Below, piece after piece: positions 9,951-20,937 of a DNA stretch of 64,000 bases. The position numbers and the translations under genes were made by a program. The stretch covers positions 1 to 64,000 of the forward strand of contig JAYZBQ010000015.1 of the NCBI GenBank assembly GCA_036338695.1, read 5' to 3'. This stretch comes from Myxococcota bacterium. Its GTDB lineage: Bacteria; Myxococcota; UBA4151. The notes below the pieces were generated by a model. That model did not search any database. It had not been told where the DNA came from and worked only from the letters and a program-made list of their open reading frames with translations. Every line of letters starts with the position of its first letter. The stretch's first letter is position 1.

Positions 9951-10451
9951 ATGAGCGTTGAATCTCAGTTCGTGATTGGTGCTGCTGACCCGGTGCGAGT
10001 GCGCGTCGAGGGCTTGCTGCGTCAGCCGCTCGAAGAGGCTGGGTTTTCGCTCGTCGATATTGAGTACCTCCCGACCAGCCCCCAGGGACCGACGCTCACC
10101 TTGTATCTCGATCGAGACGGGGGGATTACGCTGGATCAATGCGCCGAGGCGAGTCGCCTGGCGGGCGCACTGCTCGACGTGGAGGACCCCGTGAGCTCGG
10201 CGTACAAGCTCGAGGTCTCCAGCCCGGGGCTTGATCGGCGGGTGGCGTCGCGCCCTGACCTCGACGAAGCGATCGGTCAGCGGGTGCACGCCAAGACGGC
10301 GCGGAGCACGGGCCGGAAGCAGGTCACAGGGATTTTGGAAAAAGTGATCGATGGTCGCGTGACCATCGATGAAGACGGAGTGCCCATCACGTTTGATGGG
10401 CGACAGATTCGAATGTTGAACCTCATTTACGATTTTGGAGATCGGCCATGA
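9951..10451 (+). CDS. rimP: Ribosome maturation factor RimP
   Basis: GITLDQC..LDVEDP..YKLEVSSPGLDR; synteny with nusA. Confidence 0.95.
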   Translation: MSVESQFVIGAADPVRVRVEGLLRQPLEEAGFSLVDIEYLPTSPQGPTLTLYLDRDGGITLDQCAEASRLAGALLDVEDPVSSAYKLEVSSPGLDRRVASRPDLDEAIGQRVHAKTARSTGRKQVTGILEKVIDGRVTIDEDGVPITFDGRQIRMLNLIYDFGDRP

Positions 10452-12163
10452 TGGACGAACTGATCAAGACCATCGCTGAGGTCGAGCGCGAGAAGGGGAT
10501 CAAACGCGATGTCCTGATCGAGGCGCTCGAGGCGGCGATGTTGACGGCTGCGCGCAAAAAGAAGGGGCTGATGGCCGACCTTGAGGCGCAGTTTGACGAA
10601 GAGACAGGTGAGATCCACGTCATCGAGTTTAAGACGGTCGTTGAGAACGTCGAGAACCCTGACCTTGAGATCTCGCTCAACGACGCGCTGGCGATCGAGG
10701 ATGACCCAGACCTTCAGGTGGGCGATCAGATCGGTTTGTTGCTGCCGACCGAGGAGCTCGGTCGCATCGCCGCTCAGACCGCAAAGCAGGTGATCATCCA
10801 GCGTGTGCGAGAGGCGGACCGCGCCAACATCTTCTCGGGGTTCAAGGATCGTAAGGGCGAGTTGGTCTCCGGGACCGTGCGCCGCATCGAGCGGGGTAAT
10901 GTGGTCGTCGATCTGCTCAAGTCCGAGGCGGTCATGCCGTATCGCGAGCAGGTGCCGCGGGAAAACTGCCGCGTGGGCGATCGCGTCGAGTGCCTTGTGC
11001 TCGATGTGCGTGAAGAGGCACGTGGACACCAGATTGTGTTGAGCCGAGCTCATCCCGACTTCGTCGCCAAGCTGTTCACCCGTGAGGTGCCCGAGATTTA
11101 CGAGAACATCGTAAGCATCCGCGCAGTGGCGCGCGAGGCGGGGACGCGCACTAAGATCGCTGTGTCGTCACGCGACTCTGAGGTCGACCCCGTCGGCGCT
11201 TGCGTCGGGATGAAGGGGATCCGCGTTCAGGCGGTGGTGCAGGAGCTGCGCAACGAGAAGATCGACATCGTGCCGTGGTCAGCCGACCCCGTCCGGTTCG
11301 TGTGCGCAGCGCTTCAGCCGGCGGAGGTCAGCCGCGTGCTGGTGGATGAAGGTGCCCAGCGCATGGAGATCGTGATCCCCGATGACCAGCTCAGCCTGGC
11401 GATCGGTCGGCGAGGGCAAAATGTTCGCCTCGCCGCCGAGCTCACCGGCTGGAAGCTTGAGCTCAACTCTGAGTCGAAAATGAACGAGCGACGCGCGATC
11501 GCCTTTGAGAGCCTCGGGCGGATCGAAGGTCTGGGTGATTTGCTTCTGCAGACGCTCTACAACTACGGCTATCAAAGCGCCCAGGCGGTGGCGGACGGCG
11601 ACACCGAGGTGTTGGCTCAGATCCCAGGGATGGATCTCGAGCGAGCCAATGAGCTCGTCGAGGGCGCGCGTACGGCGGTCGCAAGTGAGCACGCCGAGGC
11701 CGGCATTCGCATGGAGCTTGCGCGAGACCAGGCGTGTCGCGACCGAGCGATCGTCGCAGCCGTCGACGGTATGGACGATCACGGGCACGGGGTACTCAGC
11801 CAGCTGGCCGGTGTATCGGCTGGCTTGATCAGCGCGTGTCAGGAGGTCGGCTTGACCGACCCCGCCGATTGGTACTTTGAGGCACTCTCTGTGGGGCTCG
11901 AAGACTTCGCCATTCGCTTCAACCTAAGCGACAGCCGGACCTGGGTGATCATGCACGGCATCGAGAAGGCGCTCGTCGAAGCTGCTGAGGGCGACTGGGA
12001 TCTCCTGATCGATGCGCCCAGCGCCGAAGACTTTGAAGCCGCCCAGAGCGAGGCAGCCTTGGATCAAGCGGACGCCGAAGGCGCCGATCATGCCTCTGAA
12101 GTGGAAGCAGAAGCTGACACGGACGGTGACGAAGCGCTCAGCGAAGGCGCAGCAGAAGTCTGA
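10448..12163 (+). CDS. nusA: Transcription factor NusA with long acidic C-terminal extension
   Basis: [53 protein letters not shown]. Confidence 0.97.
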   Translation: MMDELIKTIAEVEREKGIKRDVLIEALEAAMLTAARKKKGLMADLEAQFDEETGEIHVIEFKTVVENVENPDLEISLNDALAIEDDPDLQVGDQIGLLLPTEELGRIAAQTAKQVIIQRVREADRANIFSGFKDRKGELVSGTVRRIERGNVVVDLLKSEAVMPYREQVPRENCRVGDRVECLVLDVREEARGHQIVLSRAHPDFVAKLFTREVPEIYENIVSIRAVAREAGTRTKIAVSSRDSEVDPVGACVGMKGIRVQAVVQELRNEKIDIVPWSADPVRFVCAALQPAEVSRVLVDEGAQRMEIVIPDDQLSLAIGRRGQNVRLAAELTGWKLELNSESKMNERRAIAFESLGRIEGLGDLLLQTLYNYGYQSAQAVADGDTEVLAQIPGMDLERANELVEGARTAVASEHAEAGIRMELARDQACRDRAIVAAVDGMDDHGHGVLSQLAGVSAGLISACQEVGLTDPADWYFEALSVGLEDFAIRFNLSDSRTWVIMHGIEKALVEAAEGDWDLLIDAPSAEDFEAAQSEAALDQADAEGADHASEVEAEADTDGDEALSEGAAEV

Positions 12164-12729
12164 TGCCCGAGCGTCGATGCAGCGCATGCCGGGAGCAGCG
12201 TCCGGCACACCAGTTGATCCGCTTAGTGGCCTCTCCGGCCGGTGAGGTGGTTCCGGATTTGCGCCGCCGGGCGCCCGGGCGTGCCGCCTACGCGTGTCCG
12301 GTGCCCAGCTGTCTCGAGCGTGCCTCGAAGGGGGCTGCAAGTCGGTCGCTGAAGCGGCGGGTCCAAAAGGGCCCTGAGGGCGCTTTAGTGGGAGCGGTTC
12401 GGCAGGGCTTGGAGCGTCTGCTCGCCGAGCGCCTCGGGCGGCTGCAGCGGCAACGTGGGTTGGTGATCGGGCTCGCCGATACCCAGAGCGTAGACGCTGA
12501 AGCTGGCTTGAGTGGGGTCGTCGCTGCAGTGGACTTGAGCGAGCGCTCTGCAAAGAAAGTGGACGCGTTTCGTGCTCCTGTGTACCGGGTGGCTCGCCAG
12601 ACTGAACTAGGCACTTGGCTGGGGCGTTCCGAGACAGGTGTTGTCGGGGTCCCAAAGGGGCCCTTGGGTGAGAAAGCTCTCACGGAGGCGGCGCTCATGA
12701 GCCGCCTCCAAACAAGTGTGGTTGGATAG
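12163..12729 (+). CDS. ylxR: YlxR/DUF448 domain fused to a probable L7Ae-like domain
   Basis: PERRCSACR..LIRLV..PGRAAYAC; C-terminal ELGTWLGR..VVGV resembles L7Ae/YlxQ. Confidence 0.82.
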   Translation: MPERRCSACREQRPAHQLIRLVASPAGEVVPDLRRRAPGRAAYACPVPSCLERASKGAASRSLKRRVQKGPEGALVGAVRQGLERLLAERLGRLQRQRGLVIGLADTQSVDAEAGLSGVVAAVDLSERSAKKVDAFRAPVYRVARQTELGTWLGRSETGVVGVPKGPLGEKALTEAALMSRLQTSVVG

Positions 12730-12739
12730 GAAAGTACCT

Positions 12740-15565
12740 ATGGGTAAAATCCGCATCTATGATCTCGCAAAGCGTCACAACAAGACCAACGCGGAGATCA
12801 AAGAGTTGCTCGAGAAAGGTGGCATGGATGTCGCCTCCGCGAGCGTGAGCGTAGACGAGACTCAGGCGGAGTCGATTTTGGTGGCGGGGTCAGCCGGGCG
12901 TAAGCCGCGGCGTATCGCCGTTCGTCGCCGTCGTCGCGCCGAGCCCGAGCCCGAGCCGGTGGTTGAGGCAGCTGCCGCTGAGCCGGCTGCGCCGGAGGCG
13001 GTTGAGCCACAGCCTGAGGCGGACGCACCGAGCGCCGCTGAGCAGTCCGCAGAGCCGGCACCGGTCGAGGCGCCTGAACCAGTGGCTGCGGAGATAGTCG
13101 CTGCAGACCCTGTGGCTGAGCCGGAGCCTGCTGCGCCGGTGTCCGAGCCCGAGTCGTCGCCGGAGGCAGCGCCAGAAGTTGCGGCGGCAGACAGCGAACC
13201 GGCCGCAGAAGCACCAGCGACCGCCGAGGGGTCTGCGGACGAGGCACACCAAGAACAGACACAGCCGGTTGCGGAGGCGCCCGGCGCGCCCAAACCTGCA
13301 CAGGTCAAGCCCGTGGCGCGTGTGGTGCGCGTGATCGATGCGGAGGCCATCCGCAGCCGACTTCAAGCCGAGGGGCGGCGTGGTTTCGGGCGGCCCCGAC
13401 AAGGCGGTCCTGGGCGCGGCACGCCTGGACGCGGCGGTCCCGCACGAGGACCGGGTGGACCCGGGCGCGGCGGCATGAACCGAGGACCCCGCCCTGGCGG
13501 GCCTGGCGCGGGTCGTCCGGGTGGCCTGGGAACGGGAATGGGCGTGGGCTCACCCGAAGGTATGCCTGGAGGTCCCGGTGGTCCGGGTCAGCGTGCTCGG
13601 CGTGGGGCGCCGAAGCCTGGCGGTAAAGCGAAGCGCAAGCGCCGTATGAGTAAAAAGGCGCTCCTTGAGCTGCAGGGCGAAGCGCTGCTTCAGCGTGAGC
13701 GTCACCGGCTCGATGAGGAGACCTTGCGGCAGCTTCCATCCGCTCACAAACGCATTTTGAAGGTGGGTGACAGCATCCGCGTGGGCGAGCTAGCGCACGA
13801 GATGAGCGTGAAAGCTGCTGAGGTGGTGCGTGCGCTCTTTATGAACGGGATGATGGTGACGCTCACGCAGAGCATCGACTTCGACACGGCGTCGCTGATC
13901 GCAGAGGAGTTCGGTTATCAGGTCGAGCCCTCCGAGGCGACGGATGACGAGCTGCTGGTGACGCACGTCGACAGTAGCGAAGAGCTGTTGCTCCGACCGC
14001 CGGTCGTTACGGTCATGGGGCACGTCGACCACGGCAAGACCTCGCTGCTCGACAAGATTCGAGAGGCGAACGTGGTCTCGGGCGAGGCTGGCGGTATCAC
14101 CCAGCACATCGGCGCCTATTCGGTTGAGTGCCCTTCGGGCGCGATTACGTTCCTCGATACTCCGGGGCACGCAGCCTTCTCGGCGATGCGAGCTCGTGGC
14201 GCTGAAGTGACGGATGTGGTCGTTCTGGTCGTCGCCGCAGACGATGGCATCAAGCCGCAGACCGCTGAAGCCATCAAGCATGCCAAGGCGGCGCAGGTGC
14301 CGCTTTTGGTGGCGCTCAACAAGATGGACAAAGAGGGCGCACGCCCGGACAATGTCTTGCAAGAGCTGACGGCACATGAGCTGGTCCCAGAGGAGTGGGG
14401 CGGCGATGTTCAGGTCCAGCGTCTGTCGGCGAAAACCGGTGAGGGTGTCGATGAACTGCTTGAGAAGCTGGCGCTTCAGGCGGAGATCCTCGAGCTGCGA
14501 GCGAACCCATCGAAGCCGGGCATCGGAACGGTCGTCGAGGCGCAGCTGGACCGCGGGCGTGGCGCTGTCGCAACGATCCTTGTCCAGCAGGGTACCATGC
14601 GCAAGGGCGACATCATCGTCGCCGGGCAGCACCACGGTCGTGTCCGAGCCATGTACGATGACCAGGGGCACGAGGTCCTCGAGGCAGGACCCTCCTTCCC
14701 GGTCGCTGTGCTTGGACTCAGCGGTGTCCCGAGCGCAGGTGATCCAGTCAATGTGGCTGATGAGAAGGTCGCCAAAGAGGTCGCCGAGCGGCGCGCTCAG
14801 CGCTCCCGTGAGTCGGAGCTTGCCGTCGGCGCTCGGGTGAACCTTGAGAGCTTCATGGCACACGGCGCGCCGACCTCGGTCGCTCGCCAACTCAAGCTCG
14901 TGATCAAGGGCGACGTGCAGGGGTCTGTTGAGGCGTTGCGCCACAGCTTGACGGAGCTGAGTGGTCCGAAGGTCGAGGTTCGTGTGATCTATGCCGGTGT
15001 CGGCGCGATCACGGCGAACGACGTGAACCTCGCAGTGGCGTCGGAGGCGGTCATCATCGGCTTCAACATTCGCCCAGACACCAAGGGGGCAGAGGCTGCG
15101 TCGCAGGAGGGTATCGACCTTCGCTGCTACAAGGTCATCTACGACGTCGTCGACGATGTGCGCGCCGCCATGGAAGGGATGCTCGAGCCGATCCGTAAAG
15201 AGAGCTACCTCGGGCGCGCCGAGGTGCGCGACACCTTCCGTGTGCCGAAACTCGGGACCGTGGCGGGCTGCCTGGTCACGAGCGGTCTCTTGCGCCGCTC
15301 CGCGCAGGTGCGCCTGCTCCGGGATCACCAGGAGATTTACGTGGGCGAGCTCAGCTCACTGCGTCGGTTCAAGGATGACGTCCCCGAGGTGAAGTCGGGC
15401 ACGGAATGCGGTATGGGTCTAGTCGGCTGGTCGGATCTCCAAGAAGGTGACCTGATCGAGTGCTTTGAGGTGCAAGAGATTCGCGCCAAGCTCGACGAGC
15501 ACAACGTGGCGCCTGAGCCTGAGCCGGAGACGGCTGGCGATGCATCGGACGAGACCGAGGCGTAG
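12740..15565 (+). CDS. infB: Translation initiation factor IF-2
   Basis: [10 protein letters not shown]-terminus; [51 protein letters not shown]. Confidence 0.98.
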   Translation: MGKIRIYDLAKRHNKTNAEIKELLEKGGMDVASASVSVDETQAESILVAGSAGRKPRRIAVRRRRRAEPEPEPVVEAAAAEPAAPEAVEPQPEADAPSAAEQSAEPAPVEAPEPVAAEIVAADPVAEPEPAAPVSEPESSPEAAPEVAAADSEPAAEAPATAEGSADEAHQEQTQPVAEAPGAPKPAQVKPVARVVRVIDAEAIRSRLQAEGRRGFGRPRQGGPGRGTPGRGGPARGPGGPGRGGMNRGPRPGGPGAGRPGGLGTGMGVGSPEGMPGGPGGPGQRARRGAPKPGGKAKRKRRMSKKALLELQGEALLQRERHRLDEETLRQLPSAHKRILKVGDSIRVGELAHEMSVKAAEVVRALFMNGMMVTLTQSIDFDTASLIAEEFGYQVEPSEATDDELLVTHVDSSEELLLRPPVVTVMGHVDHGKTSLLDKIREANVVSGEAGGITQHIGAYSVECPSGAITFLDTPGHAAFSAMRARGAEVTDVVVLVVAADDGIKPQTAEAIKHAKAAQVPLLVALNKMDKEGARPDNVLQELTAHELVPEEWGGDVQVQRLSAKTGEGVDELLEKLALQAEILELRANPSKPGIGTVVEAQLDRGRGAVATILVQQGTMRKGDIIVAGQHHGRVRAMYDDQGHEVLEAGPSFPVAVLGLSGVPSAGDPVNVADEKVAKEVAERRAQRSRESELAVGARVNLESFMAHGAPTSVARQLKLVIKGDVQGSVEALRHSLTELSGPKVEVRVIYAGVGAITANDVNLAVASEAVIIGFNIRPDTKGAEAASQEGIDLRCYKVIYDVVDDVRAAMEGMLEPIRKESYLGRAEVRDTFRVPKLGTVAGCLVTSGLLRRSAQVRLLRDHQEIYVGELSSLRRFKDDVPEVKSGTECGMGLVGWSDLQEGDLIECFEVQEIRAKLDEHNVAPEPEPETAGDASDETEA

Positions 15566-15568
15566 ACG

Positions 15569-15973
15569 ATGGTCAACAGCGGGTATCGCCGCGCAGACCG
15601 TGTCGAAGTCTCCGTGCAGCGTGCGCTGTCTGAGATTTTGACTCGAGAGCTCCCTCAAGAGCTGCCGTCATTGGTGACCGTGACGGCGGTCCGGATGAGC
15701 CCTGATCTGCGCCACGCCAACGTGTTTGTTGCGTCCTTTTCGGATGATCCGGACCTTGTTGAGAGGTCGTTCGCTAAGCTTCTGGAAATGAAGCCGTTTA
15801 TCCGTAAGCTCCTGCCTCGATATGCGCCCATGAAATACGTCCCGAATCTGCACTTTGAGCGTGACGATCAGGTCGCCTACGGCACGCGCGTCGTAGGGGA
15901 CCTTGGGCGTCTGGTGCGCGAGGCGGACGAGCGGGCGGCTCGCGGGACGAGCGATGGCGACGTGGACGATTAA
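15569..15973 (+). CDS. rbfA: Ribosome-binding factor A
   Basis: VTVTAVRMSPDLRHANVF, MKYVPNLHF; follows infB. Confidence 0.93.
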   Translation: MVNSGYRRADRVEVSVQRALSEILTRELPQELPSLVTVTAVRMSPDLRHANVFVASFSDDPDLVERSFAKLLEMKPFIRKLLPRYAPMKYVPNLHFERDDQVAYGTRVVGDLGRLVREADERAARGTSDGDVDD

Positions 15974-16835
15974 TCCCGGGCTCGTCCTCGTTGACAAGCC
16001 TTGCGGTTGGACGAGCCGGCGCGCAGGCGCTGTCGTCTCGAAGCAGCTTGGGATCAAAAAGATCGGCCACTTGGGCACCTTGGATCCATTCGCAACGGGT
16101 CTGCTGCCGCTGTGTGTTGGGCGTGGTACACGCCTAAGCCACTTCCTCGACCAGTCGCGTAAGGTCTACGAGGCCGAGCTCGTGCTCGGGGTCGAGACCG
16201 ACAGCGCTGATCGTGAGGGCGAGGTGCTTTCGGAACGTCCGGTTCCGCCGCTTACGTCCTCGCAGGTGCAAGCTGCGGCGCGGCGCTTTACAGGCGCAAT
16301 CGAGCAGGTCCCGCCGGTGTACAGCGCCGTCAAAATCGACGGCGAGCGCGCGTACCGCCGGGCGCGCCGGGGTGAGCAAGTGGAGATCCCTGCGCGTCGG
16401 GTCAATGTTTATCGTTTTGAGGTTGAGTTATGCGCCCCTAACCTGTTGAAACTTCTGGTTGAGTGCGGGCCTGGGACCTATATCCGAAGTCTCGGGCGAG
16501 ACCTGGCTCAAGCGCTCGGGAGCGTCGGTCATTTGCGGGCGCTGCGGCGGACCCAGGTCGGTGGGCTCAGCGTGGTCGAAGCGTGTCACCCGGAGCAGTT
16601 AGCCAAGGAGGCCGTCTGGTCGGTGGGGACCTTGCTTGGGGCGCTCGGTGACCCGGTCCACGTGGCAGACTCCGTCGCCCTCCATATCCGGCAGGGCAAG
16701 CCGCTCGAGGTGATCGCCGCTTCGCTCGGTGAGGCGTTAGGGCGCCGCGCCGTCTTCGCAGGGGACCGCCCGGTCGCCCTCATCGAAAAGAGCGAGGTGG
16801 GTTGGCGGATCCTGCGTGGGTTGCCGACCGACTGA
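15954..16835 (+). CDS. truB: tRNA pseudouridine(55) synthase
   Basis: [43 protein letters not shown]. Confidence 0.95.
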   Translation: MATWTINPGLVLVDKPCGWTSRRAGAVVSKQLGIKKIGHLGTLDPFATGLLPLCVGRGTRLSHFLDQSRKVYEAELVLGVETDSADREGEVLSERPVPPLTSSQVQAAARRFTGAIEQVPPVYSAVKIDGERAYRRARRGEQVEIPARRVNVYRFEVELCAPNLLKLLVECGPGTYIRSLGRDLAQALGSVGHLRALRRTQVGGLSVVEACHPEQLAKEAVWSVGTLLGALGDPVHVADSVALHIRQGKPLEVIAASLGEALGRRAVFAGDRPVALIEKSEVGWRILRGLPTD

Positions 16836-16947
16836 CGCTCCGCGGTCGCCTGTTCGCAAATCTTTTCGACCGAAACCGGGTTCAAGTTTGCTGCCGACTA
16901 TGTCATGCCGAGGATGCCCTCTCGCGCGGGCGTACGGAGAGATTCAC

Positions 16948-17493
16948 ATGTCGAATGATGCGAACGGTATCCCTGGAGGTGAGGGGCAACTGGTGGCTCG
17001 CCTCGTGACCAGCCTGGGCACGATGGTCGTTGGCCTGGAAGAGGAGAAGGCGCCGCAGACAGTCGCCAATTTTGTGGGCCTGGCGACGGGTTCGAAAGCC
17101 TATGACGACCCAAGAGCTCACGCCGAGGGGACGCCGTACTACGACGGCACGATCTTTCATCGGGTGATTCAAGGGTTTATGCTTCAAGGGGGCGATCCGA
17201 CAGGTACCGGGCGCGGTGGGCCTGGGTTCACCTTTGAGGATGAGTTCCATCCAGACCTTCGGCATGATGGCCCGGGCGTCTTGAGCATGGCGAATCGTGG
17301 GCCGAACACCAACGGCTCGCAGTTTTTTGTTTGCCAAGTGCCGTGCCCGCACCTCGACGGTCGGCACGCTGTCTTCGGTCGTGTGATCGAAGGTGAAGAG
17401 GTGATCCACTTGATTGCGTCGCAGCCCACCGGGATGGGCGATCGACCGATCGAGGATGTGGTGCTACAACGTGTGGAGATCGATCGCCAGTAG
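16948..17493 (+). CDS. Cyclophilin-type peptidyl-prolyl isomerase
   Basis: [58 protein letters not shown]. Confidence 0.95.
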   Translation: MSNDANGIPGGEGQLVARLVTSLGTMVVGLEEEKAPQTVANFVGLATGSKAYDDPRAHAEGTPYYDGTIFHRVIQGFMLQGGDPTGTGRGGPGFTFEDEFHPDLRHDGPGVLSMANRGPNTNGSQFFVCQVPCPHLDGRHAVFGRVIEGEEVIHLIASQPTGMGDRPIEDVVLQRVEIDRQ

Positions 17494-17509
17494 ATCGGCT
17501 CGGGAGAAG

Positions 17510-18550
17510 ATGATGAGCTTTCGTCAGCACTATTGGACCCTGCTCGCTGCAGCGCCCCTTCTGGTGGCTGCGCAGTGTGGCGGAGAGCCGGTCACGCAGT
17601 GTCAGGATTCAGAGGGGCGTATCGTCGCGTGTCCGGATGACGACGCTGGGACGGTCCGGATCGAGTTTGATGCGGGGCCTCGTCCAGACGCTGGGAGCGC
17701 CGATACAGGGCGGAATCTTCCTTATGAAGCAGCCTGTACGCCAGGTGAGCAGGGCGGGTGCCGCTTTGCCTGTCTCGACACACCCGAGGGGTGGGGCGGG
17801 GAAGGTAGTGGCGGGTTTTGTTCGAAGCCTTGCGCCACCGACGACGAGTGCGGTGACCCGAATTACTGGCGCTGCGCCGAGGTGGACGCGGAGTATCTTT
17901 GCACCCGGGACCAGGACGCAACGCCGCCGACCGCTGAGTGGGCTGGTCCCAACGCCGACCGCAGCTTGGTCGGTGCGGGTCGCTTGGCGCTGGCGATCGA
18001 CGCTCAGGATGACCGCAGCCTCGCCGGGGTGACGGTGACCGCTGACGGTCAGTCGGTGAGTGTGGAGGCGGGTGAGCCCACCCGGACGGAGGACGGTGTT
18101 CGGGTTCGTTATACGATGGAGGTTCCGGTGGCGGGCGATGGCGTCGAGATCGCCGCAACGGTGAGCGACGGGATCGGGCAGACGGCTGAGTTGACCAAGT
18201 CGTTGACGGTCGACGGCGTCGGTCCGTCCGTAGCGATCACTCGCGACCAGAACGTGCGGCCTGGCGGCTGCGTGCCGTCGCCGAGCTCGGTGGCGGTTGA
18301 GGCTTCGGACAATCTGGCGCTGATCCACGTCCGCATCATGGTTGGCAACACGGTGGTCGCAACCATCTTGCCCGACGAGAACCCGCGCTCGATCCGGACC
18401 GGGACGATGGTCGATTATCGAGCTGCCGGCATCGCTACGGGGCAGCATACCCTCAAGGCGGTCGCCGAAGACAGCGCAGGGAACACGGCGGAGGACAGCT
18501 TCCGGCTCCGCATCGCAACAGACCGAAGCAGCGGTAACCCCTGCGACTGA
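17510..18550 (+). CDS. Cys-rich lipoprotein with two Ig-like domains (possible GltK/CglC analogue)
   Basis: Lipobox-like VAAQCGG; GFCSKPC module; DATPP and AVAEDSAGN Big-domain signatures. Confidence 0.7.
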   Translation: MMSFRQHYWTLLAAAPLLVAAQCGGEPVTQCQDSEGRIVACPDDDAGTVRIEFDAGPRPDAGSADTGRNLPYEAACTPGEQGGCRFACLDTPEGWGGEGSGGFCSKPCATDDECGDPNYWRCAEVDAEYLCTRDQDATPPTAEWAGPNADRSLVGAGRLALAIDAQDDRSLAGVTVTADGQSVSVEAGEPTRTEDGVRVRYTMEVPVAGDGVEIAATVSDGIGQTAELTKSLTVDGVGPSVAITRDQNVRPGGCVPSPSSVAVEASDNLALIHVRIMVGNTVVATILPDENPRSIRTGTMVDYRAAGIATGQHTLKAVAEDSAGNTAEDSFRLRIATDRSSGNPCD

Positions 18551-18567
18551 AGTCAACAGGAGACTCG

Positions 18568-20253
18568 GTGAACGTGCGGCGAAGGAGTTATGGTCTCGGG
18601 CTAATCGCCCTGCTCGGTTTGGGGTGTGAAGATCACAGCTTCGTCAAAGTTGAGCCGATCTGCGCCCGCCAGGTGGTGGAGAAAACAGCGCTCAGGCGCT
18701 CCAAGCCGGTCGATATCCTGTTCGTCATCGATGACTCCCGCACCATGCAGGAGGAGCGGGCGCAGATCGCCGCCAACCTGATCGCTCGGCCGGGCTGCGA
18801 CATCGCGAACAATCCCGATGATCCGAACTGCGGCTTCATGGAGTTGATGGTCGCAGCGGGCGCCTCGCAAAACCTCGAGGACGGTGATGACTACTATCAC
18901 ATCGGCGTGATCACGACCTCGGACTCGGCGCCGCGCGACGGCGGCGATTTGCTGCTCGGGCCGGGCTGCCTGTTTGCAGAGAACGCCAACGCAGCCCCCG
19001 TGATCACCTCTCGAGACGGTGAGCAGGCGGTGGAGCTGATGCGCCGCAGGATCGCTGCGATCCCCTCGAACGGGTCGGTGTTCGAGCAGGGGCTCGAGAA
19101 CATCAAGATGTTGGTTGAGGGGAACTCGCCAGACCCGCGATGCGCCGATCACAAGGCGCAGTTTCTGCGCGATGACGCCCGCTTGATCATCATCGTCATC
19201 ACGGACGAGGACGATTGCTCGCATGCACCCGGCGCGCCGGGCGGGCTGAACTCGACCGACTGCTACAGCGACAACTTCCCGAAATATCCTCTGCGGCGGT
19301 ATGTGGACGCGCTGCGAGCTCTGAAACCCAACCCGGACGACGTCTCGATGGCAGTCATTGCAGGTGGGGTGTTTGAGCCGGACCCGGCTCGACCCGATCA
19401 GCGCTCGGTGCCGTGCGCTGGGTCGGTCGATTGTGAGTCAGGTCAGATTTGTAAGTTTCACCGCTGCGCGCAGGACACCGACTGCTCGGAAGGTCGATTG
19501 TGTCTGCAGAGCGAAGACGACCCGGCGACGACCGTTTGCACGCCGCAGAATCGCGACGCGCCTGCGGGTCTTTGCGGCGCCATTTTGCCGTATGCGTGCA
19601 ACCGCGACCCAGCGGGCAGCAACTTGCCCACGCTTGACTCCATCGTGCCGGGCGATCCGAGTGATCGCTGCCTGTCGACCGGTGGCGGTCCAGGGACCGG
19701 CTGCAGCGATGTCTCGAACCGCTGCCGGCCTCGAGATGGCTGGGTTCGTACGGCTGTTGAGCACCCGCACTTCTGCGAGTCGGATCACGGCGGGCGTTAC
19801 TTTGAGCTCGCAGGTCAGCTTTTTGAAGGAGCCGACGGTCAATACCTGCTGGATTCGATCTGCGCTGATGACTACCGGCGGACCCTCACCGAGATCGCCA
19901 GCCTGTTGATCTTGGTGCCGGCGCTCGAACTGGTCGAGCCGCCCGCCGATCCGCGCGAGATGAGGGTGACGATCGAGCGACGCCTGGACGATGGCTCGTT
20001 CGCTGCCATCGAAGAGGTCCCGATCTATGACCCGGACAACGGGATCCCGGATGGCTGGGACCTCACCTGTGATCGTTCGTGTCAGAACTTGTGCCAGGAT
20101 TCAGGGGTCTGCGCTCGGCGCTGGCTCCGGTTTCACGGTAACGCACGCCCTCGTCCGGGCGATAAACTCGATGTCCGCTACCTGACCGATCCAGGGAAAG
20201 AGACCTGTACTCGGGTCGTGGGTAGCTCCGTGGCTGATGGAGGGCCGGGATGA
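18568..20253 (+). CDS. cglB: CglB-like VWA-domain lipoprotein (gliding adhesin)
   Basis: Lipobox LGLGC then EDHSFVKVEP..RRSKPVDILFVIDDSRTM (MIDAS-like), FEQGLE, FLRDDARLIIIVITDEDDCS, DSIC..DY..TL; lies next to glt genes. Confidence 0.75.
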   Translation: MNVRRRSYGLGLIALLGLGCEDHSFVKVEPICARQVVEKTALRRSKPVDILFVIDDSRTMQEERAQIAANLIARPGCDIANNPDDPNCGFMELMVAAGASQNLEDGDDYYHIGVITTSDSAPRDGGDLLLGPGCLFAENANAAPVITSRDGEQAVELMRRRIAAIPSNGSVFEQGLENIKMLVEGNSPDPRCADHKAQFLRDDARLIIIVITDEDDCSHAPGAPGGLNSTDCYSDNFPKYPLRRYVDALRALKPNPDDVSMAVIAGGVFEPDPARPDQRSVPCAGSVDCESGQICKFHRCAQDTDCSEGRLCLQSEDDPATTVCTPQNRDAPAGLCGAILPYACNRDPAGSNLPTLDSIVPGDPSDRCLSTGGGPGTGCSDVSNRCRPRDGWVRTAVEHPHFCESDHGGRYFELAGQLFEGADGQYLLDSICADDYRRTLTEIASLLILVPALELVEPPADPREMRVTIERRLDDGSFAAIEEVPIYDPDNGIPDGWDLTCDRSCQNLCQDSGVCARRWLRFHGNARPRPGDKLDVRYLTDPGKETCTRVVGSSVADGGPG

Positions 20254-20933
20254 TGGTGCGCAGCACGCTCTTATACATCACGCTGATCGGTGGGTTGGTG
20301 ATCGCTCCCTCGTCGCTAAGCGTCGCCCAGGCGGCGGATGAGGTTGGTCGGATCGACGCCAAGACGCAGCGGGATCGACTGCGTAGCGTCCAGCGTCGCA
20401 AGACCCGCAAGGCGGGACGGTTTAGCTTGGTTCCTAGTTACGGGCTCACGCTCAACGACCCCGTCGTCACGACGCATACCGTCGGTGGGAGCTTGTACTA
20501 TCACCTCGCAGAAGGGTTCTCCTTTGTGCTCGGGGGAGACCAGCGGATCATGCAGGTCGACAGCGCAGCGGTCCACCTCGTCCGCTCGCAGGAGCGCTGG
20601 GTACGCGGTGAGCAGGTCATGATGAGCACCTTCGGGTTTGGCGCCTCGTATACCCCTGTCTATGGCAAGATGGCGCTCTTTTCGGATGTCGTCGTCCACT
20701 ACGATCTGTTCATCGAGGGTCGAGGCGGTCTGACGGACATCGACGCTGAGTTCAAGCCGACGGGGTCGGCGGCGGTCGGCGGTCGGCTGTACCTCAACGA
20801 GTTTATGTCGCTGGATCTGGTCGGGCGCTGGCTGATGTTTACGAACGAGTTTCGAGGCGTCGAGGACATCAAGGCGCCGCTCTTTCTCCACACCGGACTC
20901 GCGATCTATTTCCCGCTGAAGAATCGGGGCTAA
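20250..20933 (+). CDS. Outer-membrane beta-barrel, GltA/GltB family
   Basis: Signal peptide; RLRSVQRR..KAGRFSL, LNDP, YTPVYGKMALF..VHYDLF; amphipathic strands. Confidence 0.8.
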   Translation: MMVRSTLLYITLIGGLVIAPSSLSVAQAADEVGRIDAKTQRDRLRSVQRRKTRKAGRFSLVPSYGLTLNDPVVTTHTVGGSLYYHLAEGFSFVLGGDQRIMQVDSAAVHLVRSQERWVRGEQVMMSTFGFGASYTPVYGKMALFSDVVVHYDLFIEGRGGLTDIDAEFKPTGSAAVGGRLYLNEFMSLDLVGRWLMFTNEFRGVEDIKAPLFLHTGLAIYFPLKNRG

Positions 20934-20937
20934 CGAG

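Noticed and set aside
13790..15328. 512-aa antisense ORF within infB, and similar shadows over rpoD, gltE, the large TPR gene and mutS
   Set aside because: Expected stop-poor antisense frames at high GC; no family signatures
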